64,000 nt of DNA from an uncultured Nitrososphaeraceae archaeon (GTDB lineage Archaea; Thermoproteota; Nitrososphaeria; Nitrososphaerales; Nitrososphaeraceae): the NCBI GenBank assembly GCA_963779615.1, contig CAVZZA010000001.1, forward strand, positions 160,001 to 224,000. Reading direction: 5' to 3'. Both the position numbers and the translations under genes were made by a program. The notes below the pieces were generated by a model. It did no database searches. It had not been told where the DNA came from and was given only the letters and a program-made list of their open reading frames with translations. Within the stretch, counting starts at the first letter, position 1, and each line of letters begins with the position of its first letter. Of the stretch, positions 1 to 10,709 are shown in pieces.

Positions 1-79
1 AACAAGCTACTTTTGGACATACTCAACAACAGCCTTTAATACATCTTTAAAAGCCAGCACAAAATAACCAGGTATGTAA

Positions 80-451
80 ATGCAAAAGAGAAATCCGTGC
101 ATACCAATTTCTTTGATGATGATAATATTAGGCTCCTTGACATATTCTATATCTATTATTCTTGTCCCAGATAAGGCCATGGCACAAACAACAACATCGT
201 TACCCGATGACGAATGTCTGTTGGAACCTAGCCTGCCACAATGCGCACCTGGTGAGGATGGAAAATGCCCTTCAGGATTCAACATGAATGGCGATGGGAA
301 TTGTTTTCCGAACAAGCCATGCCCTCCAGGATATGAAAAACGTGACTACGATGAAACAGGCAAATGTTGGAAAGTAGAGTCAGCAGCAGCAGCAGCAAAT
401 TCATCAACACCTCCACCATCAACGACAACAACAGTGCCAACCATACAATAA
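80..451 (+). CDS. Small secreted Cys-rich protein with S/T/P-rich tail
   Basis: N-terminal hydrophobic signal ending AMA; 6 Cys including CPSGF and CPPGY motifs; low-complexity tail. Confidence 0.7.
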   Translation: MQKRNPCIPISLMMIILGSLTYSISIILVPDKAMAQTTTSLPDDECLLEPSLPQCAPGEDGKCPSGFNMNGDGNCFPNKPCPPGYEKRDYDETGKCWKVESAAAAANSSTPPPSTTTTVPTIQ

Positions 452-721
452 CACACCTCAAGCAACTACATCATTTTGTAAAACAAGAGGCACTGTTCAC
501 CAGCAATAAATCCGTTAAAGCAGCATATTCATTTTTTTATACCATAATAATGATAAGGCACAATGAAGGATGATGCGCCAGTGATGGGAAAAATAGTGGG
601 ATAAAAAATCCGTGGCAAGTTAAACATGGATTAAAATTTTTTAAAAAATGGTTAGGAAGGATAACAGGTGATTGCCTGTTTTTCCTTGTCCTGAAAATAA
701 AGAGGGGGTTGGTTTATTTTA

Positions 722-1342
722 CTATTGTTTTGTTGAGTTTGAGCTTGTAGAATAGGTGTTTGATGCATTAACGTTTGAGTTGTTTCTGTTAGCATCCCGT
801 ACTGCTGCTGTAAGCTCTTTGGAGTTTTGCTCAAATGTTTTTGCCGTGTTAACGCTCAGGTTGGACAGGTGTTTTGAGTTGTCCTTTGCCTGTTGAAACA
901 CTGTTTTCCATGAGTCCAGGTTTGAGAATATGATGTTGTTTGTGAGTCTGATTGCGGATACGGTGTTGTCTGCTACATTGCTGACAAACCTTGCGTATGC
1001 TTTGGTTGCTGCGTCAGGGGATGAGAACCTTGTTACTAACCCGTTAAAGCTTTCGCTGTATGGGGCCCATGCTGATTGGAGTGAGCTGATGATCTCTTTT
1101 TGTGAGTCGATGTACTCCTCTGAAACCTCTTTTGCGGTTTGGAGTGATTGTTCCTGATAGCTGTTCACAATGTTGTTGATTCGGGGAATCTGGTTTTTTG
1201 ATTCATCCAATGATTTTCTGATGTTGTCTTTGGCCTCGTCAAGTGACCTGTTGACAGATTCTTTGAAACCTTGTGCATTGTTGTTGAAGTTGTTAGTGTT
1301 AGTGTATGAATAACTTTCTTGACTTTCGTTTTTCTTTGACAT
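722..1342 (-). CDS. Helical Q/N/S-rich hypothetical protein, possibly phasin-like
   Basis: 206-aa ORF with amphipathic helical pattern and no TM segment; AT-rich TATA-like element just upstream. Confidence 0.7.
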   Translation of the reverse strand: MSKKNESQESYSYTNTNNFNNNAQGFKESVNRSLDEAKDNIRKSLDESKNQIPRINNIVNSYQEQSLQTAKEVSEEYIDSQKEIISSLQSAWAPYSESFNGLVTRFSSPDAATKAYARFVSNVADNTVSAIRLTNNIIFSNLDSWKTVFQQAKDNSKHLSNLSVNTAKTFEQNSKELTAAVRDANRNNSNVNASNTYSTSSNSTKQ

Positions 1343-1521
1343 TACTCTATGTTATACACCATGCTATTTAAACACTGGTATCAAACGGTGTTTAATGCCG
1401 TTTGTATCCATCCAAGTTCCTTGTTTTTTGATATAAACCCATCGATTTTTTGATATAAAAAAGGTTGGGGAAGTAAAAGTGAAAAAATTCCTGTTCAGTT
1501 TTTGCGTATAAATGCATATGC

Positions 1522-1812
1522 CTATGTGTAGCTTTTTGATTGCATTGGTGCTACTTTCTCGTCTGACCTGTTAACAAGGCCGTGAGTCAATAATCCAAAT
1601 CCTAAGATTCCGACGAAAATAGAAACTTCCTCTGCTACCACCATCTGAGCAGTTGCAGGTGGAGTTCCATTTGCAGCCAGTGCGCTGTATGATTTAGATT
1701 GTTCTGCACTTTTTATAACACTGTCTATTACAATATTTCCTGCATATATACCGCCTGAAAATCCAATTACCGATAATATCAAACCAACTATGATGAATTT
1801 TCTGTTTTTCAT
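1522..1812 (-). CDS. Small membrane protein (2 TM)
   Basis: Two hydrophobic segments; ATG preceded by TATA-rich sequence. Confidence 0.6.
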   Translation of the reverse strand: MKNRKFIIVGLILSVIGFSGGIYAGNIVIDSVIKSAEQSKSYSALAANGTPPATAQMVVAEEVSIFVGILGFGLLTHGLVNRSDEKVAPMQSKSYT

Positions 1813-2798
1813 CTACCTTTAAACATCTTAAACATCTATATTTATATATATATACATTTTCACTCATTTTATAAAAATCTACATTTACTAAACTTTAAAA
1901 ACCATAATTACAATAACGAACGTTAACTTTAGAAAATGGCGGATTTTGTAATTAAAAAACATATTTTGTTGACCTTGAATGCACAATTGGGTAGTTGAAC
2001 ACAACATCACAACACAGCCTGCAATTGACTTGGAGTTTTCAGGGGCGGGGTTAAACTAAATTGGGAAATCATCCTCAAGTCAACAGGCCCCATTAACACA
2101 AAAAATAGGAAGTCCCTATATACAATGCTATCGGATACTCGGTGTCGGTAGCAGCAAAAACTAACAATGCGACAATCCCCAAATCTTTTTCCCCATTTGC
2201 CTTAGGGGAAGAAAATACCATATTGAGGACCTCAAGCATTTTGCAATCAGAATCACAACCTCAAAAGTGAGACAATGACAACAATGACAACAACATTAAT
2301 GGGGTGAAGGCATGATAACGGGTTTTTCTATCACTACCAAATACCCAATTGATTTATTGGAACGATTATCCAGGGTATCAAGCCTCATTGGTAACTTTAT
2401 CCAACCAACAATGCCAATCCATCAAAATCATTAGCTTCCTTTTTTTGCATAACTAAAAGTCCCTTGTTTTATCGACTATTTGACAACACATAGCACGGTA
2501 ACTGGACTGTTTTTTATAAACATAGCCAATTGATCAATCATTTGCAAAAAGTGACATGTGCAAAAAACAACAATCAACAATCACAAAACAGAACACCGTG
2601 TATCAATTAATCTCATGCAAGCATTTCAAAAAACATTAAAAAAAAATAACATTTTTCAAAACAAAAAATAATGATTTAATGTATTGTTGCAGGAACAGTT
2701 AATCAAATGAGATATTTGGTCATCATCAACTGCAATATAAAAAGAGGTCAGAGAATTCCGTTGTTATTTATAGAATGGCATATCTATCCATGTTGTAC

Positions 2799-2909
2799 AT
2801 GAAATGTGCATGTTGTGGTGGCGAAATGATAAAAGAAAAAGAATCCGAGAGGACAATAACTATCAAATGCAAAGATTGCGGTTTAAGCAACAGTGAATTA
2901 AAAGGATAA
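2799..2909 (+). CDS. 36-aa zinc-ribbon microprotein (not in ORF track)
   Basis: MKCACCGGEMIKEKESERTITIKCKDCGLSNSELKG*: two CxxC(G) pairs; TTTATA box ~27-30 nt upstream. Confidence 0.7.
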   Translation: MKCACCGGEMIKEKESERTITIKCKDCGLSNSELKG

Positions 2910-3069
2910 ACAGTAGCCGAGCCTCAAAAGGTTGAACTAAACCCATTTGTCATCAATGCATGTTGTGGCGGGTGGGGCGATGTTCATCAATTTTTTTGCA
3001 ATAGGTAAAACGCTTTTTGTTGTTTTTTAAATAGGAATTATATACAGTCGAAATTCAATCTAGAATTTA

Positions 3070-3507
3070 TTGAATAACAAAAGACCAAAGGGAATTTCCT
3101 TTTTATCCATTGTAATGATACTGTATGGCATTGCATTTGAGGTCGTATCCGTATCCAGCTTTTGGTTATTCGGGGATTGGTGGGTGTTTGGCTTTATACT
3201 ATTTGCAGTTGGAACACCGTTTGCCATTGCTTCCATCATATTAGGTTTTGGCCTTTGGAAAGGAAAGAACAGTGCTCGGAACACAACAATAGTATTGATA
3301 TATATTGAAATTTTCCTTGTTGTGGCCGGAATGATCGGTATGCAAACCGTTGCACCTTTTCCTTTTTCACTTCAGATATTTGGAATATACGGCCTTATTC
3401 CACTGCTATACATAATGGGTAAAGATGCAATTGGTTTATACTATCTCTCAAGGCCCAATGTCAAGTCTTATTTTGTTCAAGTCAAGAAACAAACAGGTGA
3501 TGAATGA
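3070..3507 (+). CDS. 4-TM membrane protein
   Basis: RPKGI N-terminus, four hydrophobic helices, YL.RPNVK.YF C-terminal motif. Confidence 0.7.
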   Translation: MNNKRPKGISFLSIVMILYGIAFEVVSVSSFWLFGDWWVFGFILFAVGTPFAIASIILGFGLWKGKNSARNTTIVLIYIEIFLVVAGMIGMQTVAPFPFSLQIFGIYGLIPLLYIMGKDAIGLYYLSRPNVKSYFVQVKKQTGDE

Positions 3508-4671
3508 AGGAGCAGGACAATAGCCTTCATAGTTTATTATGTTTTAATTATGTTGCCGTTATGTCAAATAGATCTAATTACGAATGATTGCAGAAATACC
3601 CTGACCAAAAAGATTACAAAATATTAATTGATTCTCATGGTGCCTTTAACCAACCAGTATTGAGCATACCAATAAACGTCATTAATCACAGAAAATAAAG
3701 GACATGTGCTGTCTTTTGCAACATTTGTAAATTACCCCTTCCTTCGCGACTGGATTCATTGACATAACCCCCCCCCCCGGGAGCAACTGACCAAAAATCG
3801 CCTTTACATCTATTTCAACCATGACATTTGAATTTTAACGGTACAGGTTCACCCATAGTAGCATATGATGACACAAATTAGACAGTTTATGCGATTGACC
3901 AAGTTTTTCCTATCAGCTGAATAACAAAGACTAAAGTAGTATGCAGCCTTATGTTATACTATGACCCTTATGATAAAATGCAAACAATGCGATTTTAACC
4001 ATATTTCAAACCTATACAGATTGGATGAACAACACATATTTCACAGGCATTTTTCAAATCTTGAAAGTCTGTCCTAGCTGCGGACACGTGTCTAAATGTA
4101 TTGAATTAGACTATAATCTCCAAATCATATCATAAAGAGACACAATCAAAAAAAAACACCTAAAGCAAGAATAGGGTATTGGAGCAGGTCTTTAGCTTTA
4201 TGCAATGGCATTTTTGCTCCCATTATCTTTTTTAATAGATACGGGTGCACAACCACTACGTTAAGGCACTGATTTTATTAAAAACGGTATTGACTTTATA
4301 AAACCAAAACAAGTAAGCTGAAATTTTACTGCTAATGGAGAAATTATGTAATAAGGTAAATCCAGTTAATTTAATATTTCATCTAGGTAGTTTTTCAAAA
4401 TCAAGCCATAAAGGAAGCACATGTCCAAAAAAAACCGCACATCAAAATTCTAAAGACGAATTTGACCTTGCTTGTTAAATTGGTTTTTTTCATGGGCATG
4501 GCACAAGTTTTGGTGAATTTTAGTTTATGTAGAAAAACAAGTTTTGTTTTAACCAACTCATCTGACGGCCTTTAACAATGCTTTAGCATTGGAGAAATAT
4601 GGCGGAGTTGACAGAGCCAAAAAAAAGAAAGGGCTTATGGATGATCTTAAATCGGCACTCTTGTTTTCATA

Positions 4672-5175
4672 CTATTTGGTAACCATTATTTGTCCGCGGA
4701 TTTCCCCATTTGGGTTTTGTTGTGTATGAATATTTGCATATGCGCTCCCATTATTCATAAGAGATATCAAATCAGATAGTGGTTTGTCTTTTAACTGCCC
4801 TACAAATTCACTTGAGGTAATAGTTTCGTTTTCTGACAATTGGTTCACAGGAGCGTTAGCTCTAAACAGCGTGAAAACTATCGGCCCGTTTTCACCTTTT
4901 TTGCCAATGTGTATATGCCCTTCAGTAACATTTTGTATATTTGTAGCACTGACTTTATAATCCATGCCATCTTTTCCAGATGCATCGAATTCAGCCTGAC
5001 CTGTCGCTTTTGAATTTGATGGAGGAACTTCTTCATTTCCTATGAGTTTTGCCACGAATTTTTCTCCTTGTCCAAATGCCACATGATTGGAAAAATTGAC
5101 AACCCCCATCACGGCAGCAATTGAGAAAACAACCGCAATTACAAAACTTATTTTTATGTTCTTGTTACAAGTCAT
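4672..5175 (-). CDS. Secreted CHRD-domain protein
   Basis: Signal peptide; L.G.EEVPP, HIH.G..GENGP and Y.NIHT..NP.GEIRGQI motifs. Confidence 0.9.
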   Translation of the reverse strand: MTCNKNIKISFVIAVVFSIAAVMGVVNFSNHVAFGQGEKFVAKLIGNEEVPPSNSKATGQAEFDASGKDGMDYKVSATNIQNVTEGHIHIGKKGENGPIVFTLFRANAPVNQLSENETITSSEFVGQLKDKPLSDLISLMNNGSAYANIHTQQNPNGEIRGQIMVTK

Positions 5176-5345
5176 TAAACAAATAACATGAACATAGTAT
5201 TTATTAGAGATATTAAACTTGTGTGGTAAAGACTCTATTTGAGTCTAATCCGCACAAAAACATTCATGCAAATTGATTGAACACGCCTTTTTGAACACAC
5301 GCTAAACTACATATTACCTAAAAAAAAGAGAATAGTATTTTTAGA

Positions 5346-5798
5346 ATGAGTACTTTCAACAAATACAGAATCCCTGTACCAAAACACCTGCTGCACGGAA
5401 TAGACAAAACTTCTTCGCCTGCACATGTTGGCAAGCTTAGAAATGCAGTTGACCTGATCGTTCCAAAAAACACCCCCGTCCTTGCCGCGGCAGATGGGGT
5501 AGTTACCTTTGTCAAAGATGATTCGAAAGTTGGAGGGCCTGCTCCATCATACTGGGAGTACACCAACTTTATTTCAATTATGCATCTATATGGAGAGCAT
5601 ACACGATATGATCACCTCGAATACCACAGCTCAAAGGTAAGGGTAGGCCAACATGTGCATGCGGGCCAGGAGATAGCAAGGGTGGGTATGACAGGCTACA
5701 CGTATGTCCCACACCTGCATTTTCAGGTATTTGTGTTTACAGGCTACAACATTTGGACTGACTTTGATACCCTGGAAGTTAACGATTTTGTGGAATAA
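5346..5798 (+). CDS. M23 family metallopeptidase
   Basis: TPVLAAADGVV, YDHL, VGQ.V.AGQ.IA.VG.TG and PHLHFQ motifs. Confidence 0.9.
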   Translation: MSTFNKYRIPVPKHLLHGIDKTSSPAHVGKLRNAVDLIVPKNTPVLAAADGVVTFVKDDSKVGGPAPSYWEYTNFISIMHLYGEHTRYDHLEYHSSKVRVGQHVHAGQEIARVGMTGYTYVPHLHFQVFVFTGYNIWTDFDTLEVNDFVE

Positions 5799-6169
5799 TG
5801 TATTGTTCCTGTACATATATTTTTAAAATAATCGTGAAGGATCCGGCATTACATCACATATCCATTGTGGGGGACACTTAATAAAATGGCCAGTTCAATC
5901 AATTATAGTTTGTTATCTCCAATTGTAACACAAACACACAAGAAAAACAACATGCCTCCTTGGGTCGGCGGCATATGACCATTACCACCATATGAAATCA
6001 CAGTAAACACGGTTTAGTTATTGCCGTATCGATAGCAATACCACTTTTGGGACGATTTGTCGATTCCTGATTTTATATCGCTTCGCTTCGCTTCAAATCC
6101 TGATTTATCGGTGTCGATCCCAATAAATTAAAAAATGTTCGTGGTCAGCCAATAAAACACTGTATTTAA

Positions 6170-8509
6170 TCACATAGTTTTTTTTACTGCTAGGCAAAGG
6201 ATTCCGTTTTTTTTATAAAGTTCCCCGATAATATCGAATGTGTTACCTTTTTTTAACAATGCTCTGGGCCCAGCATAATCAAAATAATTCAGAGAGGCAT
6301 ACCATTTTTCATTTACGATAACAACCGCTTTTCCAGACAACATGTTTTCTACAAAAACAGAATATCTTTTTCCGGGTATAAATTTAATTGAATCCATCAA
6401 GGAAATGGTTTTTTTGTTTATCCAAACTATTCTCTTTAGTTTTTCTAAATTTTTTACTGCCTTGCCTATTACATCACTGTCATATTTTATTATGTCTTGC
6501 AGGTAGGATATTTCTAAACCATTTTTTCCGGATTTTGCCAGCAAATCATGAATTTGTCTTTGCGCTTTTTCGACAATCTTTCGGCCATCCAAGGCCAATG
6601 ACACATCATACAAATGTTCCAAATCATTGTTCACAGAAGAAGGTTGGCTATTACCGGCATCTTTTTTTTGGTAGGAAAGTTTCCTTAAGAAGTGCTTAAC
6701 CTTCCTAGCGGAATTGGAAGATATTGAATCCATAACAGGATTAAAGTAATCATCGTTATCATCACCATCGTTATCATCACCACTGTATGGATTAAATTTT
6801 ATTTCAGGCACCTTCATTTTTTCAGGGACGCTAAATGGCCTTTTAGTAACGGGATTTAGAATCATATCAATATTTTTTAAAACAGACTTCATTCTAACAA
6901 TTTTTTTATGGGCGATCTCCAGGTATTTGGAGTCTATAGAGTCATTGGCAACCAGAACTACAACGCTTCCATCTGAAAATCTACCGGTTCTTCCCTTCCT
7001 TTGAATAAACCTAATTTCACTTGGAACAGGCTCGTAGAAGACAACAAGGTCCACATTGGGGATATCAAGGCCTTCTTCAGCTACAGATGTGGCAACAAGG
7101 ACAGGAAAAATGCCTTTTTTAAAATCCCCGAGAATGGATAACTGTTTATCCTGATTGATTCCTTTCTGGTTTTTTTTATTTGATTGACCATAGAAACCCT
7201 TAGATGGAATCCCGTTTTCATTTAAAAGATTTGTTATTTCCTCAAGGGTATCCCGATATTGAGCGAAGATGAGAATCTTCTTTTGGTTTAAACCCGCCGA
7301 CACCCTCGGCATAGAAACGTCATCAGGATTGTTTTCAGGCGCATCAATCGCATGGTCAATTTTTAGAACACCTGTATTGGTTGCGGTATTCATAAAAAGA
7401 AAATCCCTAACGATTGACAGCACTTCTTGAAGTTTGGGATGGGAAAACATACTGTCACTTTTCAACATTTCAATAACTTTCTGTATGCGAGGATCAGAGA
7501 GCAATTCCCGATGGGTTTTGGTTGGAGCAATATCATCATCCCCATATTTATCAAAAAACTTCTTTAAAGAGAAACTTCCCTGGGACTCTATCAAATCACG
7601 GCAATAGAGCAAGGTCATTGACATGGACTGATACTTTAAGGCAGCATACAGAAAAAAATTTTTGTTGTCTGAATCTGCTAATGATGATTTAAGGTGGTCT
7701 CCCAGGCTTAACAGATCTTTTCTATAAACGTTCTCAACCTTTTTCCTCTTTATGAAGTTGTTGTCAATCAACCAGTTTATTTTTTCATCGATTAAAGACT
7801 GGAGAATGTTGGAGATTTCTTTATGCTTTTCATCCAAATCAATTCGCCTATGCGTTACATTAACATTATACACATAAGGCAGAACATCCTCATCGTCTTC
7901 AGACTTTACAACAATTTGCTCCATACAAAGGTTAGAACATATCTCCTTGATTTTTTCCATGTTTGATCCAGGGCTTGCGGATAGTGCAAGGAACATTGGA
8001 ATTTTATTGGAATCGCCGTTGTTGCTTGTAAACATTTTTGAGATGGATGTATAGCTATAATCCTTAACAGCCCTATGAGCCTCGTCAAAAACTACCAAAT
8101 AAAACTCTTCTTTTTTTACAAGGTTGTTGTCAAGGTCATTTCTCACAAGTTCAGGTGTAGCAAAGTATATCCTAATGGATCTTGATTTCCAAATTGTTTT
8201 ACGAATTTCAGGGGATATTTTTCCAGTCAAGGCAAAACATGCATTTCCCATTAGGGTAAAGCGTCTGAATAATTCAAGGTGTTGGTGCACAAGGGGACGG
8301 GTGGGGGCAAGAATCAAGACTTTGGAATTCTTCCAGTTAAGCAAAACATCGATACAAACCAACAAGGTGATGACGGTTTTCCCTAGCGATGTTGGAACAA
8401 CAATCAAAGAGTTTTTATACAGAGTTTTTTGTAATACGGTGTTTTGATACTGTCTATATAAAAGAGCACGTTCCTTTAATAATGGATGGCTAAAATATGA
8501 CTGAACCAA
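6170..8509 (-). CDS. Hef/FANCM/Mph1-like SF2 DEAH helicase, no ERCC4 nuclease domain evident
   Basis: PTSLGKT, APTRPL, DEAHRA, LSASPG, HPKL, ATSVAEEGLDIP, QRKGRTGR motifs. Confidence 0.9.
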   Translation of the reverse strand: MVQSYFSHPLLKERALLYRQYQNTVLQKTLYKNSLIVVPTSLGKTVITLLVCIDVLLNWKNSKVLILAPTRPLVHQHLELFRRFTLMGNACFALTGKISPEIRKTIWKSRSIRIYFATPELVRNDLDNNLVKKEEFYLVVFDEAHRAVKDYSYTSISKMFTSNNGDSNKIPMFLALSASPGSNMEKIKEICSNLCMEQIVVKSEDDEDVLPYVYNVNVTHRRIDLDEKHKEISNILQSLIDEKINWLIDNNFIKRKKVENVYRKDLLSLGDHLKSSLADSDNKNFFLYAALKYQSMSMTLLYCRDLIESQGSFSLKKFFDKYGDDDIAPTKTHRELLSDPRIQKVIEMLKSDSMFSHPKLQEVLSIVRDFLFMNTATNTGVLKIDHAIDAPENNPDDVSMPRVSAGLNQKKILIFAQYRDTLEEITNLLNENGIPSKGFYGQSNKKNQKGINQDKQLSILGDFKKGIFPVLVATSVAEEGLDIPNVDLVVFYEPVPSEIRFIQRKGRTGRFSDGSVVVLVANDSIDSKYLEIAHKKIVRMKSVLKNIDMILNPVTKRPFSVPEKMKVPEIKFNPYSGDDNDGDDNDDYFNPVMDSISSNSARKVKHFLRKLSYQKKDAGNSQPSSVNNDLEHLYDVSLALDGRKIVEKAQRQIHDLLAKSGKNGLEISYLQDIIKYDSDVIGKAVKNLEKLKRIVWINKKTISLMDSIKFIPGKRYSVFVENMLSGKAVVIVNEKWYASLNYFDYAGPRALLKKGNTFDIIGELYKKNGILCLAVKKTM

Positions 8510-8552
8510 ATTTATAGATAAAACACTGAAAATGAACTATGAATGTACCTGT

Positions 8553-8882
8553 CTATATTTCAAATACTTCGCTTGACTCATTCTTCACAAATTGTTTTCT
8601 TTCAGGATTAACCTCATCCATTGATTTGGCAAGTTGTAAAACTTTAGAATTATTAATTATCTCCAAAATTGAATTAAGTTCATCTGACGATTTAATAACA
8701 ATGCCTCTTTTTTTTGATGGAGTCCCATTAGCATTTAAGGGATTGATTTCTATGGCAAGGGAGGCAGGTCTTCCACGGTATTCAGGAAGTTTGAATATGA
8801 AAACACCAGGTATGTTAGTCGGTTTTCGTTCCCAATCCTTGCTCTCTTCTAAAAATTGACCCAATCTTTCTTCACTAGACAT
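8553..8882 (-). CDS. Conserved small archaeal protein, possibly PC4-like ssDNA-binding
   Basis: 109 aa; GTPSKKRGIVI..SDEL resembles the PC4 P.KKGI.L motif; co-oriented with the helicase. Confidence 0.65.
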   Translation of the reverse strand: MSSEERLGQFLEESKDWERKPTNIPGVFIFKLPEYRGRPASLAIEINPLNANGTPSKKRGIVIKSSDELNSILEIINNSKVLQLAKSMDEVNPERKQFVKNESSEVFEI

Positions 8883-9224
8883 TTTTCACTCACTAACCAT
8901 TCGGCAAGCCATCATTTTAGTTTTATCTATAGCATAATGGCCCTGTTCACCTAAGGAAAACACGTTTTCTTTTAGTGCATGGATAGTGTTTTCAAACAAA
9001 TACAGTAATTTTGAGGCAGTTCAAGAGGGGAAGGCTAACTTTCAAAAAATAATAGCTGATTCTGCACAAGTAAAATCAAATCACGAGCCCAACAACACCC
9101 AATCAAGCAAAACTATGCGAGCAGGGCCAGCAAACACATTCACCGCAAACATTACAGCGTACAAGAAAAAACAGACTTAAATAAAATAACGCACATTATT
9201 AGACATATAAGAAATAACCACCCT

Positions 9225-10602
9225 ATAGAATTAAAATACGACAAGGGAACAATAGTAATAGATGGAAATATCAATACCCCTTATTCGGTTTATGATCCCA
9301 GAATAGATAAGCACAGGGCCCTGGCCAGGCACTATCAGGACATTACTTGTTTTTTAGAAAAAAACAATCAGGATTACACAGACAATGTTAAAGATTACAT
9401 AGACTGCCCGATTCAAGGCAAAACTAACGACACCAATGCTTTAAGGGATTACCAAAAGGACGCTCTAGAAAGCTGGTTGTCGCAAAATAAAAAAGGTTGC
9501 ATAATTTTGCCAACTGGGGCTGGAAAGACAATAATCGCGATAAAGGCAATCATAGAAATCAATTCGTCAACCCTTATCATAGTACCAACGCTAAACTTAA
9601 TGGAACAGTGGTTCAGTTCCTTAAGAAAGGCCTTGGGCGATAAAACCCTGGTAGGCATGCTGGGTGGAGGGTACGACGATATAAAAATGGTAACAGTAAC
9701 AACATATGAATCGGCTTATTTAAAGTCCTCCTTTTTAGGGAATAAGTTTAGGTTTTTAATTTTTGATGAAGTTCACCATTTGGCATCTGAGAAGTATTAT
9801 TCGATAGGAGAACATTTTATATCCCCATACAGACTGGGCCTAACAGCAACAATAGAAAGGGAAGACGGAAGGCACTCAATCATTTTTAAACTGATAGGCG
9901 ACATAGCGTACAAAAAAGACTTTTATGAACTGGCTGAAAAAAACTATTTAGCCAATTTTACGCTGAAAAAAAGGACAATAAGCATGTTACCTGATGAGAT
10001 AGCATTGTATAACAGCAAAATTAACCAATACAGGAAAATATTGAGGGAATGCAGGATATTTTACCCAATCAGACTGGAAAGGCTGATCATTCTCTCATCC
10101 AACAACAATGAATTAAGAAAAGCGTCTGCTGCTCAGAAAAGAAGCCCTAGAAACGGCTTTAAACAGCAAGGCAAAAATCATAGAGCTAGAAAAAATATTG
10201 AAAGGGTATGGGAATGAAAGAAAAATAATCATTTTTACGATACACACCAAGTTAGCGTATGCAATTTCAGACAGGTTTTTAATTCCGGTGATAACCCATA
10301 AAACAAAAAATGAAGAAAGAAATGATATATTGGGCAGTTTCAAAAATGGAAAATACAGAATCATAACCACTACCAAGGTTTTGGACGAGGGTACGGATAT
10401 TCCGGAGGCAAACACAGGAATCATCTTAAGCGGCACAGGGAGCAAAAGAGAGTTTGTCCAAAGATTGGGAAGGTTATTAAGGCCAAAGGACGACAGGGAG
10501 AACGTAGCTGAGCTAATTGAAATTATTTCATCAGATACAAGTGAGACATTCACTAGCAATAAAAGAAACAAGGGGATTAAGGAAAAAAATGGAATTCAGT
10601 GA
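9225..10602 (+). CDS. xpb: XPB/Rad25-like SF2 helicase, +1 frameshift near 10125; start approximate
   Basis: In-frame IELKYDKGTI..LRDYQ..PTGAGKT, DEVHHL, LTATIER; second frame continues with LDEGTDIP and QRLGRLLRP; Bax1 directly downstream. Confidence 0.85.
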
Positions 10603-10709
10603 CACAAGACAAAAGTGAACGCTTTACTAATGCATATGCACAAGCACACATTTACACACTATTGCACACCAGTTTTTTAAAATAGCGCAATGACATCCAG
10701 GTTAAAAAA

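Noticed and set aside
2000-2500. Hidden gene or ncRNA in the long spacer
   Set aside because: No sustained ORF, recognisable motif or strong stem found on either strand.
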